Made by a program: the position numbers and the translations under genes. The notes under the pieces are model-generated. The model was not told where the DNA came from, made no database searches, and saw only the letters and a program-made list of their open reading frames with translations. A stretch of DNA of 63,906 bases, filler included, from an uncultured Methanosarcinales archaeon (GTDB lineage Archaea > Nanobdellota > Nanobdellia > Woesearchaeales > CAZPJY01): NCBI GenBank assembly GCA_964587045.1. It is 3 parts of 3 records of this genome, joined end to end, with 100 filler letters (N's around TTAATTAATTAA, not from the genome) between each part and the next. Parts side by side here need not be neighbours in the genome. Positions count along the whole stretch, not along the records: positions 28,404 to 53,875 come from CAZPJY010000026.1; positions 53,976 to 63,906 come from CAZPJY010000041.1; 1 more part is not named here. One strand, 5' to 3'. This document shows, in pieces, positions 48,627 to 58,153 of this stretch. The first letter of the stretch is position 1, and the number at the start of each line of letters is the position of its first letter.

Positions 48627-50468
48627 ATGAGGATCGAGTACGTTCTCAGGAAGAGGAATATTTCCGGCGAGATGGACAACCCTACTTTCCTGCTCGCAAA
48701 CGGAGTCGGGAGCTTTTTGTCCCTTTCATCGAAGGGGGAGTTCTCAAGGTACCAGGGCCTGCATTTCTGCGCGCCGAGCGGTGATGGCTGGGAAATTAAT
48801 AAGATCATCGAGAGCATCACTGTCCCGGACCATGAGCCTGAAGCCCTGATCAACCACCTGAAATGGGTGAAGCGCACGTACAAGGGAGGAGGTGAGGAGA
48901 GCTTCTTCTTGGCAGAACGCAACGGCTTCCTCTATCACGTCAGTGGCATAACAGGCAGGATTACCCTGCGCCTGGACATGCGGGGCATACATGACTTTTC
49001 CACAGAAGGGAGGGAGCATAAGGCCGCCCAGGAGGGTGACCTCACAGTCTTCGAGTGCAGGTCTGGCCTGTTCCTCGCCATCAAGGGGGCCAGGTTCGAG
49101 GTCAAGGGGGAATGGCAGGAAAGGCACTACCCTCTCGAAGCCAGGAGGGGATCAAATCCTTCAGACTGGTTTGTCTTCTGCGCAGGGGACATGCTTGTGG
49201 ATGCCGAAACGCACATAGGGTTCGGCTACGGCAAGACGAGGGAGGAGGCGGTTGAAAACGCCGAGTATATCCACTTCCACCCCAACAGGATTGAGGAGAA
49301 CAATTTGAGCCACCTCTTCGACATGTGCGCGGGAGTGCCTGACCTCTGGAACAGCTACATGGAGATAGCGTACTTCGCCGCCAGGCACTCTCTCAACTCC
49401 CTGATAACCGAGATTGGGGGCCGGCGGGGGATCTTCGCGGGCCTGCCCTGGTTCTTCCAGTTCTGGACGCGCGATGAGGCCATTTCATGCGGTGCACTCA
49501 TCAACCTGTCAAGGGGAAGCGATGCGAGAAACTTCCTCATGAGGGAGCTGGAGAGTATCCTTCCCAACGGCAGGCTTGCCAACAGGCAGCCCCACTCTGA
49601 GCTGGGGAGCGCCGATGGCATGGGTTGGGCTTATTTCCGGCTGCAGCAGCTGCTGAGGATGGGCCTTGCCTACCGCAACCTGGGCAACCTCTTCACCAAG
49701 CAGGATCTCATAACCATTAAGGAAAGGCTCCGGTTCTCGATAGTCAAGACAATGGACCTCTACCTTAAGGACGGCCTTATCATCAACTACCCCAAAGAGA
49801 CGTGGATGGATACGGACGACGGGCGGGACCCTCGTGACGGCGCGCGCATCGAGATACAGGCGCTCTTCCTGTCCATGCTCAGGCTGATGCGCATGCTCCT
49901 TCACCCCGTGAGGAACAGGAGGGAGATCGCATCATTCCGCAGCACAGAAAGGATGATCAGGAAGGCGGTGAAGGACCGGTTTTATGATGGGAAGAGTCTG
50001 GCAGACGGGCTGGTCGAAGGCCGGGCCGACATGACCCAGAGGCCAAACATTTTCCTGGCTTACTACATCTACCCCTGGCTTTTGGTCCCGTCGCAGTGGA
50101 AGACGGCTTTTGATAGCGCTCTAGGAGCCCTTTGGCTGGATTGGGGCGGCCTTGCGAGCATAGACCGAAAGGATGTAAGGTTCTGCCCTAGCCACACGGG
50201 TCAAGACGACAGGAGCTACCACCGCGGGGACTCTTGGTTCTTCGTCAACAACATCGCCGCCATCGCGATGTTCCGCCTTGACAGGGAGAGGTTCAAGGAC
50301 CGGATTCTGGGCATCCTCAACTCGAGCACTGATGACATACTGTTTGCGGGGTTCTGCGGCCACCATTCGGAGATAAGCTCTGCTGGCGAGTTCGAGCCGC
50401 TGGGATGCTTCGCCCAGGCATGGAGCGCAGCGACTTTCATAGAACTGGTTGACGAGCTGGCAAGGTGA
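48627..50468 (+). CDS. Amylo-alpha-1,6-glucosidase (glycogen debranching enzyme)
   Basis: AGLPWF..WTRD, SADG, TWMD, RPN, YHRG, QAWSAA. Confidence 0.9.
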   Translation: MRIEYVLRKRNISGEMDNPTFLLANGVGSFLSLSSKGEFSRYQGLHFCAPSGDGWEINKIIESITVPDHEPEALINHLKWVKRTYKGGGEESFFLAERNGFLYHVSGITGRITLRLDMRGIHDFSTEGREHKAAQEGDLTVFECRSGLFLAIKGARFEVKGEWQERHYPLEARRGSNPSDWFVFCAGDMLVDAETHIGFGYGKTREEAVENAEYIHFHPNRIEENNLSHLFDMCAGVPDLWNSYMEIAYFAARHSLNSLITEIGGRRGIFAGLPWFFQFWTRDEAISCGALINLSRGSDARNFLMRELESILPNGRLANRQPHSELGSADGMGWAYFRLQQLLRMGLAYRNLGNLFTKQDLITIKERLRFSIVKTMDLYLKDGLIINYPKETWMDTDDGRDPRDGARIEIQALFLSMLRLMRMLLHPVRNRREIASFRSTERMIRKAVKDRFYDGKSLADGLVEGRADMTQRPNIFLAYYIYPWLLVPSQWKTAFDSALGALWLDWGGLASIDRKDVRFCPSHTGQDDRSYHRGDSWFFVNNIAAIAMFRLDRERFKDRILGILNSSTDDILFAGFCGHHSEISSAGEFEPLGCFAQAWSAATFIELVDELAR

Positions 50469-53069
50469 CTACTCCACCTTCATCATGTCCTCGATTTCTT
50501 GTTCCGAGAAGCCTTCCTTCCTAAGCCTCTCCATAATCTCCTCATCGTTCTTGTTCTGGAACCTGAGGAGCCGGACCATGTTGAGAACTGCCATGTTGAC
50601 ACCTTCTTTCTCCATCCGTTTCAGCTTATCCTCACCCTTGGCCTCCTTCTTCTCCCCCTTGAGGTACCTGATTATGACCTCCCTGTACTTGATTCCGAAG
50701 AATACAGCAGTTCCGAGGGCTATGGCGGCGAAGGCTATGATAGCTATCAGTATGATGGGATTGAGCGGGGCTTTGGGGTAGTAAACGACATCGCTCCTGA
50801 ACTGGATGGTTTCGGACTGGCCTAAGGTGCTGACCTCTATCGTGTTGGACGAGGTGAAGTTGAACTCCTCAGGGATTAGGTTGTTGATGGTGATGTTGAC
50901 GGCCTCGTTCGGATAGAGTACGACCTGCTTGTCGGAAAGCGAGAAGTAGGTCTCCGCCCTCTTGAAGCTGACCGAAACCTCCAGCAGCTGGTCGAGGTTG
51001 TTCTGGATGGTGAACTGCGGGTCGTATCCTGAAGTGTTGAGGGCTATCCTCTGCGGATCAACCGTGAACGGGAACGAGGCGTACCTCTGAATCTCGAGGG
51101 AGAACGGCACGCTGACCTTGGTCTCGGGCGCGGTGCAGGTGAAGGTCCCTGTGTAGGTGTCCTTCTTGGTCAGCCCCTTGGTGAAGACCACGCTGACGGC
51201 CAGGCTCGTCTGTGCTCCGATGCTGTAGCTGAGTGATGATGAGATGTCAGTGTTATCCCATTTGAGGTCGCATGAGAACGTGTCTGCTGACTTGGCGACA
51301 GCGAAGTTGATGGTCCCCTTAGTCCCAAAGATTGTCACCTCTTTTGGCGGCGTTATGTTGATGCTGGCGTAGTGCACGAGCACGATGGGAATCCTTGCCA
51401 CCTCATCGTCGTAGTTGAACACGCTGAGGTAGCCGTACGTGGTCTCGCTCTCCTCCTTGGTCTGTGAGAGGGTAAGCTTCCTGTAAGTGTATGAGGACAT
51501 CTGGTCCTTGGTCTCGATGGACATCTTGTCGGCGAGGTCATCTGAGAACTCGAACGAGAGGGCGTCCAGATCGAACGGTGAGGGGTTGTACACCTCAAGC
51601 TCTAGCTCCTTTTGGTTCATGAACACGACCTGGGGCACGGTCTTTATGAAAGGCCTTGCGTTGTTCTTGAGCACGTAGAATGCTTGGGCTAGCTGCAATG
51701 TGTCGTTCTCCGACAGGTCGTTTTCTACATTCGTCACCCAGGCCTCGGCGTCCTCTATGGGCTCGTCCGTGCGGTTGAGCGCGACGTCGAGCAGCGAGAT
51801 TACCGCATTGGACGTCTCCCCGACCTGGAACTTGAGGGTGCCCCTCCCCCACGAGCCGTTGTTGTTCTGCTTGAAGCGGAGCCACCTGGTCACGTTGTCC
51901 CAGTCGTACTGCGTCGAGAACAGGAACAAAGCGGCATCGGATATGTTGGCCATCTCGCCGATGTACGCGCCCGCTATGTCCGAGCGTTTGTTCTCCGAGA
52001 CTAGGTATTCCTCTCCAGCCTCCCTCCTCCCTTCCTCCAGCTCGGTCAGGAGGGCATACTCAGTAACCCGGATGTCGCACTCCTCGCCTGCGCTTCCCTT
52101 GCTCCAGCAGGAGTAAGGCACGCTGTAACTCATGTTATCCCCCTGGTAGCGGAACAGGATGTCGTCATACTGGTTGGTGACGTTGACCTTGACGTTCTCC
52201 GTGGAAAGCACGATGAGCTTTGAATGTATCTCCGGTGTGAAATTGAAGACCATCCTGCCAGAGGCTGGCATACTGAAGTTGGTCTCCAGGACCTCCCCTC
52301 CGTAGGAGACGAGCGTCAGTGTGGTCCCTGAAATCAGCTCACCCACCGAGACCTGCCACACCGAGTCCTCGTCGTAGTAGTTCTGCCTTGTGATGAGCCA
52401 CTCCTCCCCGTCGTTGATGATCCTGTAATTGTCTGTGAAGTTCGAGAGCCGGAGGATGGCCAGGATGTGGGCGGTGGTCTCGGTGTCGCAGTAGTCCCTC
52501 GGCCAGCACTTGTCGTCATCGTTCCTGTACAGCTTGAGCCATTGGGCGGCCAGGTCTATCTCCTCCTCGAATATCTCAGGATAGCGTGAGAGGGACCAGA
52601 TGCCTGCTGCTGTGCTGAGGGCGTCGCGCCAGCCGCCATCGCTGTACTGGGTCCGGATTATCTTGTCTATGGACTTGGTGAGCTCGTTTACCCTGACCTC
52701 CTTGGTTATCTTCACGGTCTCCTCATCCTTTACGTATGCCGACTGCAGTTCCAGGTTCCTGCAGTCCATCTGGTCCAGGTCATAGCCTGCTATGTAGCAG
52801 TACTCGTTTCCGCTCTCCCATTTCAGCAGGGGCAGGTCCTCGAAGCTGTTGGTGTCCAGGCAAAGGACTGATGAGCGCAAGGGGTAGTCCTCCTCTATGC
52901 AGGTGAAGAAGATGAGGTCCTCGCTAGATAGGTACTCAGGAACCACGTAGTCTGAGGTGATGTACTTGGATTCCGGCCTGAAAAGGTAGATCTTCTCCTC
53001 GTAGGCCATGCCTGCGGCTGATGTCAGTACCAAAAAGAACAGTATCAGCAGTGTTACTCTTGACATCAT
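50469..53069 (-). CDS. Large membrane-anchored surface protein with prenyltransferase/squalene-cyclase-like QW repeats and beta-rich domains
   Basis: Signal peptide; QYSDGGW, QNNNGSW; beta-strand-rich C-terminal half; TM IILIAIIAFAAIALGTAVFFGI; short cytoplasmic tail. Confidence 0.72.
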   Translation of the reverse strand: MMSRVTLLILFFLVLTSAAGMAYEEKIYLFRPESKYITSDYVVPEYLSSEDLIFFTCIEEDYPLRSSVLCLDTNSFEDLPLLKWESGNEYCYIAGYDLDQMDCRNLELQSAYVKDEETVKITKEVRVNELTKSIDKIIRTQYSDGGWRDALSTAAGIWSLSRYPEIFEEEIDLAAQWLKLYRNDDDKCWPRDYCDTETTAHILAILRLSNFTDNYRIINDGEEWLITRQNYYDEDSVWQVSVGELISGTTLTLVSYGGEVLETNFSMPASGRMVFNFTPEIHSKLIVLSTENVKVNVTNQYDDILFRYQGDNMSYSVPYSCWSKGSAGEECDIRVTEYALLTELEEGRREAGEEYLVSENKRSDIAGAYIGEMANISDAALFLFSTQYDWDNVTRWLRFKQNNNGSWGRGTLKFQVGETSNAVISLLDVALNRTDEPIEDAEAWVTNVENDLSENDTLQLAQAFYVLKNNARPFIKTVPQVVFMNQKELELEVYNPSPFDLDALSFEFSDDLADKMSIETKDQMSSYTYRKLTLSQTKEESETTYGYLSVFNYDDEVARIPIVLVHYASINITPPKEVTIFGTKGTINFAVAKSADTFSCDLKWDNTDISSSLSYSIGAQTSLAVSVVFTKGLTKKDTYTGTFTCTAPETKVSVPFSLEIQRYASFPFTVDPQRIALNTSGYDPQFTIQNNLDQLLEVSVSFKRAETYFSLSDKQVVLYPNEAVNITINNLIPEEFNFTSSNTIEVSTLGQSETIQFRSDVVYYPKAPLNPIILIAIIAFAAIALGTAVFFGIKYREVIIRYLKGEKKEAKGEDKLKRMEKEGVNMAVLNMVRLLRFQNKNDEEIMERLRKEGFSEQEIEDMMKVE

Positions 53070-53100
53070 CTCTTTTTCCCCTCGGTTGTCTTTAAATTAT

Positions 53101-53874
53101 TTAGTTATCCTTCATGGATAGTTCCATGTTGAACCTTATCACATCACCTGCAATCTTCTCCTTATAAGGATCTCCCAGCGCTTCATAATACCTTGTGACA
53201 TTTTGGTTGATTGCCTTTACGGCCTCAATGTCTCCTGCCTGGAGGTATTTGCCCATTATGTCGATTATCCTCCTCATGTTCATGACGTTGTACTCGTTGT
53301 ATATGTGGTCGATTATCTCGTAGACCTCACCCTTGCCCTTCTCAGGGAGCTTCTCGTACCACTTGTACATCTCATGGTAGTGTTTCTTGAGCTTGGCCAA
53401 GTCCTGCTTTTCTATGGCGTTCATCGCCTTGTTGCCGGCCTTGAGCACTTTCTTTGCCTTTATATGGGCTTTTGGAAGGGTCAGGCCCTGTATCTCTACC
53501 GGCGAGAAGACCACCACATATCCTGTTATCATCAGCAGCCCGACTATGAGGGCGATTATTGAGAAGGTGCTGTAGGTAGTGACCATCTCGACCACTGCAG
53601 ACCCTGTTATCGAGCCAGAGGATGCCGGTGGTTCCTTGTAGACCATGACTGTGTGGAACTGCTCGACCAGCGATATGTCAAGGGGCTTGGTTACCATGTA
53701 CCTGATGGTGAGGCGGTCGTCTGGCTCGAACATGAGCATGGGGTCGCGATCGATCACCTCGCCCTCAGTTCCTATGATCTCTATCTCGTCCGTCAGCGGC
53801 ACTACCTCTTTTGGTATTATCTCGAGTACGGCCAGCTGGTCCGAGTAGTTGGTAAGTGTGAGCTGCTTTTGGAT
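53101..53874 (-). CDS. C-terminal part of a membrane-anchored protein, 5'-partial
   Basis: Frame is open to the gap; SITGSAV, TM helix, then two helical cytoplasmic repeats. Confidence 0.75.
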   Translation of the reverse strand: MQKQLTLTNYSDQLAVLEIIPKEVVPLTDEIEIIGTEGEVIDRDPMLMFEPDDRLTIRYMVTKPLDISLVEQFHTVMVYKEPPASSGSITGSAVVEMVTTYSTFSIIALIVGLLMITGYVVVFSPVEIQGLTLPKAHIKAKKVLKAGNKAMNAIEKQDLAKLKKHYHEMYKWYEKLPEKGKGEVYEIIDHIYNEYNVMNMRRIIDIMGKYLQAGDIEAVKAINQNVTRYYEALGDPYKEKIAGDVIRFNMELSMKDN

Positions 53875-53875
53875 G

Positions 53876-53975
53876 NNNNNNNNNNNNNNNNNNNNNNNNN
53901 NNNNNNNNNNNNNNNNNNNTTAATTAATTAANNNNNNNNNNNNNNNNNNNNNNNNNNNNNNNNNNNNNNNNNNNN
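53876..53975. other. Artificial contig spacer
   Basis: 44 N + TTAATTAATTAA + 44 N. Confidence 0.98.
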
Positions 53976-54279
53976 TGAGCTTGATTCCGAGCTTCTTTTC
54001 CACCTTAAGCTCGGTCGGCAGCCCGTGCATGTCATAGCCTGCCCGGTCCCAAACGTCGTAGCCCCGCATGCGTTTGTACCGCAGAATCATGTCTTTTAAG
54101 GCCTTGTTCCAGGCGGTACCTATGTGTACCCTGCCTGAGGTGTAGGGAGGGCCGTCCAGGAAATACCATTTCTGCTTGCCTTCGTTGGCTTTCTTTGCCT
54201 TTTGGTAGGTGCCTTCCTTGGCCCACACCTTCAGGATTTCCTTTTCAACGTTTTGGCTGTCATAGGAATGCTGTTTCAT
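53976..54279 (-). CDS. ileS: Isoleucine--tRNA ligase, N-terminal fragment (3'-partial)
   Basis: FLDGPPYTSGRVHIGTAWNKALKD, GYDMHGLPTE. Confidence 0.92.
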
Positions 54280-54389
54280 GGGGATTGCAGTATTGGTGGT
54301 ATGTATTTAAAGTTTTTCAAAGGGCTCCCGTGATGAGAAAAAGAAAATATTTATATATGAGTATATTGATTAGTATACCAAGAGAGGCT

Positions 54390-54521
54390 ATGATATACCA
54401 ATCTTTCTTTGAGAGGGAGCACCTGGTGCTTGAAAAAGCGATGCTTCTCGAAGAGCTTTCACAGATCCTGACGCGCCCGACGATTGAGAGAAAGATTGAG
54501 ATACTCACCCTGTTAAACTAA
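54390..54521 (+). CDS. Putative 43-aa micro-protein
   Basis: MIYQSFFEREHLVLEKAMLLEELSQILTRPTIERKIEILTLLN; agagagg before the ATG and a TTTATATA box upstream. Confidence 0.45.
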   Translation: MIYQSFFEREHLVLEKAMLLEELSQILTRPTIERKIEILTLLN

Positions 54522-54667
54522 AGCTCTGTGCCGCAGTTGTTGCATATGTGCACTTCCTTTTTCTCGTCGAAAGTGGTTGATATTCCATACTCTATCTTGC
54601 AATTGCATTTAGGGCATCTCGGCTCTAGCGCCTGCATGGATTGGAATATGCTTGGTCCTACGAACAT
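54518..54667 (-). CDS. 49-aa Zn-ribbon micro-protein (not in the ORF track)
   Basis: MFVGPSIFQSMQALEPRCPKCNCKIEYGISTTFDEKKEVHICNNCGTEL; aggtgg SD; CPKC...CNNCG. Confidence 0.75.
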   Translation of the reverse strand: MFVGPSIFQSMQALEPRCPKCNCKIEYGISTTFDEKKEVHICNNCGTEL

Positions 54668-54730
54668 TCTACCACCTACGCGAAATACATTCCCCCCAAT
54701 CCTATATCTGGCACCTCATATTTATAAAAT

Positions 54731-57112
54731 TTATGGAATAAACGTGTCAAGACGGGCTTGGTCGTCCCCAAAGGCCGGCAATTCGAAACCGCCGACCTCC
54801 GACAGCCTGCGCAGCATTGGTATGAGCTGGTGTTGGATGTAGTATTCAGCGTCGTAGTCGCTTGGGCTAATCTCGATGGCAAGCCTCACCCTGTTGGGCA
54901 GGGAATCATCACCCTCCATGACAACATATTCCACTCGTCCAACCGTGTTGCCCGCCATCCCCAAGGAGTTCATCCTTCTGGCCGCGGCGACAGCAGGGGT
55001 GACTGTTTCGTAGGTGTCCAGCGGCTTTGTCACCACGCTCGATATCACCATATTCTCTATAGGCATCTCATGGTTCACCACCCTTTCGACCACCTTCTCA
55101 AGATACGCGGTGATCTCTTCTGCTGGCAGCCGGTTAAGCAAGGCCTTCAGGGTCCAATCGACGGCGCCCTGCACGAAACGTGCTATGCCTGACCGCCTCT
55201 GAACCCCCCGGGTCAGGAGCGTACCATCAGCTGTTACAAGCGCATACTCGTGATGGCCCTCAACCTCAGGCATAAAGAAACCATGAGGGAAAGGCCCAGC
55301 GATTGAGGTGTCACCCCAGACGGTGGACTTCAGCCTTTCTTTGAAAGACCTCACATCACCATCAGAAAACATGAGTATTCCCCTCCCTTGGTAAAGGAGG
55401 GTCGATTCATCCAGGAGGTCCTTTACCTCCTGCACAAAAGATGTCCTGGCCCTGCGCAGCATGGTCAAGTAATCCTTCGAATGCCATCTGGCCCTCGCGT
55501 CCGCAAGATAGGTTGGAACCTGCTGGAGGAGGATCGACAGCGCAGTCAGGCGCATGGCCAGCTTCAGGCCTGGCCGCCTTTGCATGATGTCCCTAATCCT
55601 GTCCCGGCGGTCCAAAAGGGCATCCAGCATGATGAGTATGAAATCCTTCTTCTTCGAGCAGGTCCAGAACTCCTCCCCCAGATGCTCCGACGCACAGCAT
55701 GAGCACCTGACCGTGCCAGGCGAAATGTTCTTTTCCACCATAATCTTGGGAAGGATCACTCTGGAGTCAAGGATGTAGACTTCATCAAAGACTCCCCTCT
55801 TAGGCATGAAGACAGGCGATTTGGGCTCTTCGGCCTGCTTTCCCTTCCTCCTCGCAGGCACCAACTCGCCAGCAGCCATTGAGTAACGCACGAGGATCGC
55901 ATCGATGATCCTGTGCATGTCCATCCTTATGATCTCCTGCGGCGAGAGGCTCGTGAGCTTCATCAATTCAATAAGGAGCGGCAACACGGCGTTGAATACC
56001 TCATCCAGGCTGTTTACCGACGAGCTGATGTACTCCTCGAGTTTGGTCTGGTAATCGCGCTCTTCCTCTTTCAGCGTGGCTGTGGGTATGGTCCTAAGGG
56101 AGGTTATCAAATGGGCCAATCCGTGCCTTGTGAAAATCTCAGGTGTCTCGACGGAAGTCTGGCGCAGAAGGTGAATGTATCTCGGCATGAAGGATCTCAT
56201 GAAGTGCGCGAGATCAAGATGGCAAATCCCGTTGATGATTGCCTGGTTGTAGAGCCCTTTGGTGATGAACACCTCAGAGTAGTCAAGCCCCAATTCGAGG
56301 TTGATGCCGTACTTCCTTGCCCTCGACTTGAGGTGGGCCCAGTCGTATTGGTCTGAGAGGTATCCAACTATGACATCTGGGTCATAGGTCCTTATCGTGT
56401 GCACTGCCCGGGTTATCAGTTCTGCTTCGCCCATGACCATCTCCCTGTTGGGGTTTTGTGATGAGGACCTCTTCCAGCAGTAGAGCTTGTCGATCCCGTC
56501 CCCCTTGAGCATGATGGACGTTATCGGCTCTTCGGAAGACTCTTCTGTCCTCCTGGCATAAGAGCCCATTACCATTAAGCTAAGGACTTTCAGGTTGGTG
56601 CTGTACTCATCGGTCCTTGTTATCCTCTCAGCCCGCACGATGACCCTTGCCCTGAACCTACGCTCAACTTGCTCGCCCTCGACCTCATGCCAGACGAAAA
56701 GTGTTATGTCCTTGCTGTTGAGATACTTCCTAATGAAGGGGATGTCATCCTCATAGACTCCGCTCACTGATTCCAGGTTTTTGATGTATGAGGCTATGTG
56801 CCCAACCGCCCAAGTCGAATTGACTGTGACCTTGAACCTGTGGAGTGAACCCTCATGGGTCTCGCCTACCTCCTCGAGCCTGATTACCTCATAAGAGCCT
56901 TTGTCACCCTTGATGTTTAAGGATTCGGTCTTTTCGAGGAAGGAGGATGTGTTGGTCACGGTGACTAGGAAGGATGGGCTGAAGGATGAATCTATTACGA
57001 CCATCCTTTCCCCGAGTTGGTTTCGGCCGTACAGCGAGACAAGTACGGTGTTGTCTGCGTTTCTATACCTAATATCGGTAGGAACGAACCTGAAGGTTGG
57101 CATTCTATCCAT
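54731..57112 (-). CDS. Family B DNA polymerase homolog, predicted catalytically inactive
   Basis: PolB scaffold (YEDDIPFIRKYL, YDPDVIVGY, NISPGT, YDAEYYIQHQLIP) with motifs A, B and C and Exo I/III substituted. Confidence 0.88.
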   Translation of the reverse strand: MDRMPTFRFVPTDIRYRNADNTVLVSLYGRNQLGERMVVIDSSFSPSFLVTVTNTSSFLEKTESLNIKGDKGSYEVIRLEEVGETHEGSLHRFKVTVNSTWAVGHIASYIKNLESVSGVYEDDIPFIRKYLNSKDITLFVWHEVEGEQVERRFRARVIVRAERITRTDEYSTNLKVLSLMVMGSYARRTEESSEEPITSIMLKGDGIDKLYCWKRSSSQNPNREMVMGEAELITRAVHTIRTYDPDVIVGYLSDQYDWAHLKSRARKYGINLELGLDYSEVFITKGLYNQAIINGICHLDLAHFMRSFMPRYIHLLRQTSVETPEIFTRHGLAHLITSLRTIPTATLKEEERDYQTKLEEYISSSVNSLDEVFNAVLPLLIELMKLTSLSPQEIIRMDMHRIIDAILVRYSMAAGELVPARRKGKQAEEPKSPVFMPKRGVFDEVYILDSRVILPKIMVEKNISPGTVRCSCCASEHLGEEFWTCSKKKDFILIMLDALLDRRDRIRDIMQRRPGLKLAMRLTALSILLQQVPTYLADARARWHSKDYLTMLRRARTSFVQEVKDLLDESTLLYQGRGILMFSDGDVRSFKERLKSTVWGDTSIAGPFPHGFFMPEVEGHHEYALVTADGTLLTRGVQRRSGIARFVQGAVDWTLKALLNRLPAEEITAYLEKVVERVVNHEMPIENMVISSVVTKPLDTYETVTPAVAAARRMNSLGMAGNTVGRVEYVVMEGDDSLPNRVRLAIEISPSDYDAEYYIQHQLIPMLRRLSEVGGFELPAFGDDQARLDTFIP

Positions 57113-57252
57113 CTCACAAAAATCTTTGTGGCTTACCCCCTGCGAGAGACCTTATGCCGCCATCGATATAAAAAGTTTCCGCTTAGATTCTACACCGATA
57201 CTTTTTTATAGTGGGTGTGATTTCCATTTTCACAACCAAAGGGGAACACATC

Positions 57253-58152
57253 ATGATATACGAAACGATCATAATCGGGGCAGGATTTGCAGGTTACACA
57301 GCAGCAATCTACGCAGCACGCTATACTCTCAAGACACTGCTGATTGCAAAGACTCCCGGAGGCACGATCCTTGACGCCCACAACGTGGAGAATTATCCTG
57401 GGTTTCCGTCAATCAGTGGTTTTGAGCTGATGCAAAACTTCAAGAAGCACACCGAGAAATTCAACATCCCGATGGTAATCGATGAGGTCAAAAAGATAGA
57501 AAAGCAGGGCAAGCTGTTCAGTGTTAAAACCGAAAAGGGTGAATACAGCACCAAGACAGTAATATTTGCAATGGGAAGCAGGCGCAGGAAACTGAACCTT
57601 CCTGACGAAGGGAAATACATCGGCAGGGGTTTGGCCTACTGCGCGACCTGCGACGCGCCTTTCTTCAAAGACAAGGTCGTGGGCGTGGTCGGAGGATCGG
57701 ACGCCGCAGTCCAGGCAGCCCTCCTGCTTTCGCAGTACGCCAAGAGGGTGTATGTCATATACCGCCGCGACAAGCTCAGAGCTGAGCCAATAACCGTAAA
57801 ACAGCTGGAATCCCTGCCAAAAGTCGGTTACATATTCAACACCAACGTGGTGGGGCTGGAAGGCGATCCTGTCTTGAAAAAGGTCCATTTCGATACAGGG
57901 AAATCGTTAGAGCTCGATGGGCTCTTCATAGAGATAGGCTCTGTTCCGAGCACAGATTTGGCCAAGTCGCTGGGTGTTAAGCTCAACGAAGCCAACGAAA
58001 TCATCGTCGACGAGCTGAGCAGGACCAATGTTAAGGGAGTATACGCCGCAGGGGACGTGACAGACCGGCCGCTCAAGCAGGGCGTGGCAGCAGCTGGATA
58101 CGGCGCGACAGCGGCATATGCAGCATACAACTATATTAAGAAAGGGGATTGA
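57253..58152 (+). CDS. trxB: Thioredoxin reductase
   Basis: IIGAGFAG, VENYPG, CATCD, VGGSDAA, YAAGD. Confidence 0.93.
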   Translation: MIYETIIIGAGFAGYTAAIYAARYTLKTLLIAKTPGGTILDAHNVENYPGFPSISGFELMQNFKKHTEKFNIPMVIDEVKKIEKQGKLFSVKTEKGEYSTKTVIFAMGSRRRKLNLPDEGKYIGRGLAYCATCDAPFFKDKVVGVVGGSDAAVQAALLLSQYAKRVYVIYRRDKLRAEPITVKQLESLPKVGYIFNTNVVGLEGDPVLKKVHFDTGKSLELDGLFIEIGSVPSTDLAKSLGVKLNEANEIIVDELSRTNVKGVYAAGDVTDRPLKQGVAAAGYGATAAYAAYNYIKKGD

Positions 58153-58153
58153 T

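Noticed and set aside
54731..57112. PolB as a decaying pseudogene, or as a casposon/viral polymerase
   Set aside because: The frame is intact over 793 codons, with no Cas1, terminal repeats or viral genes nearby.
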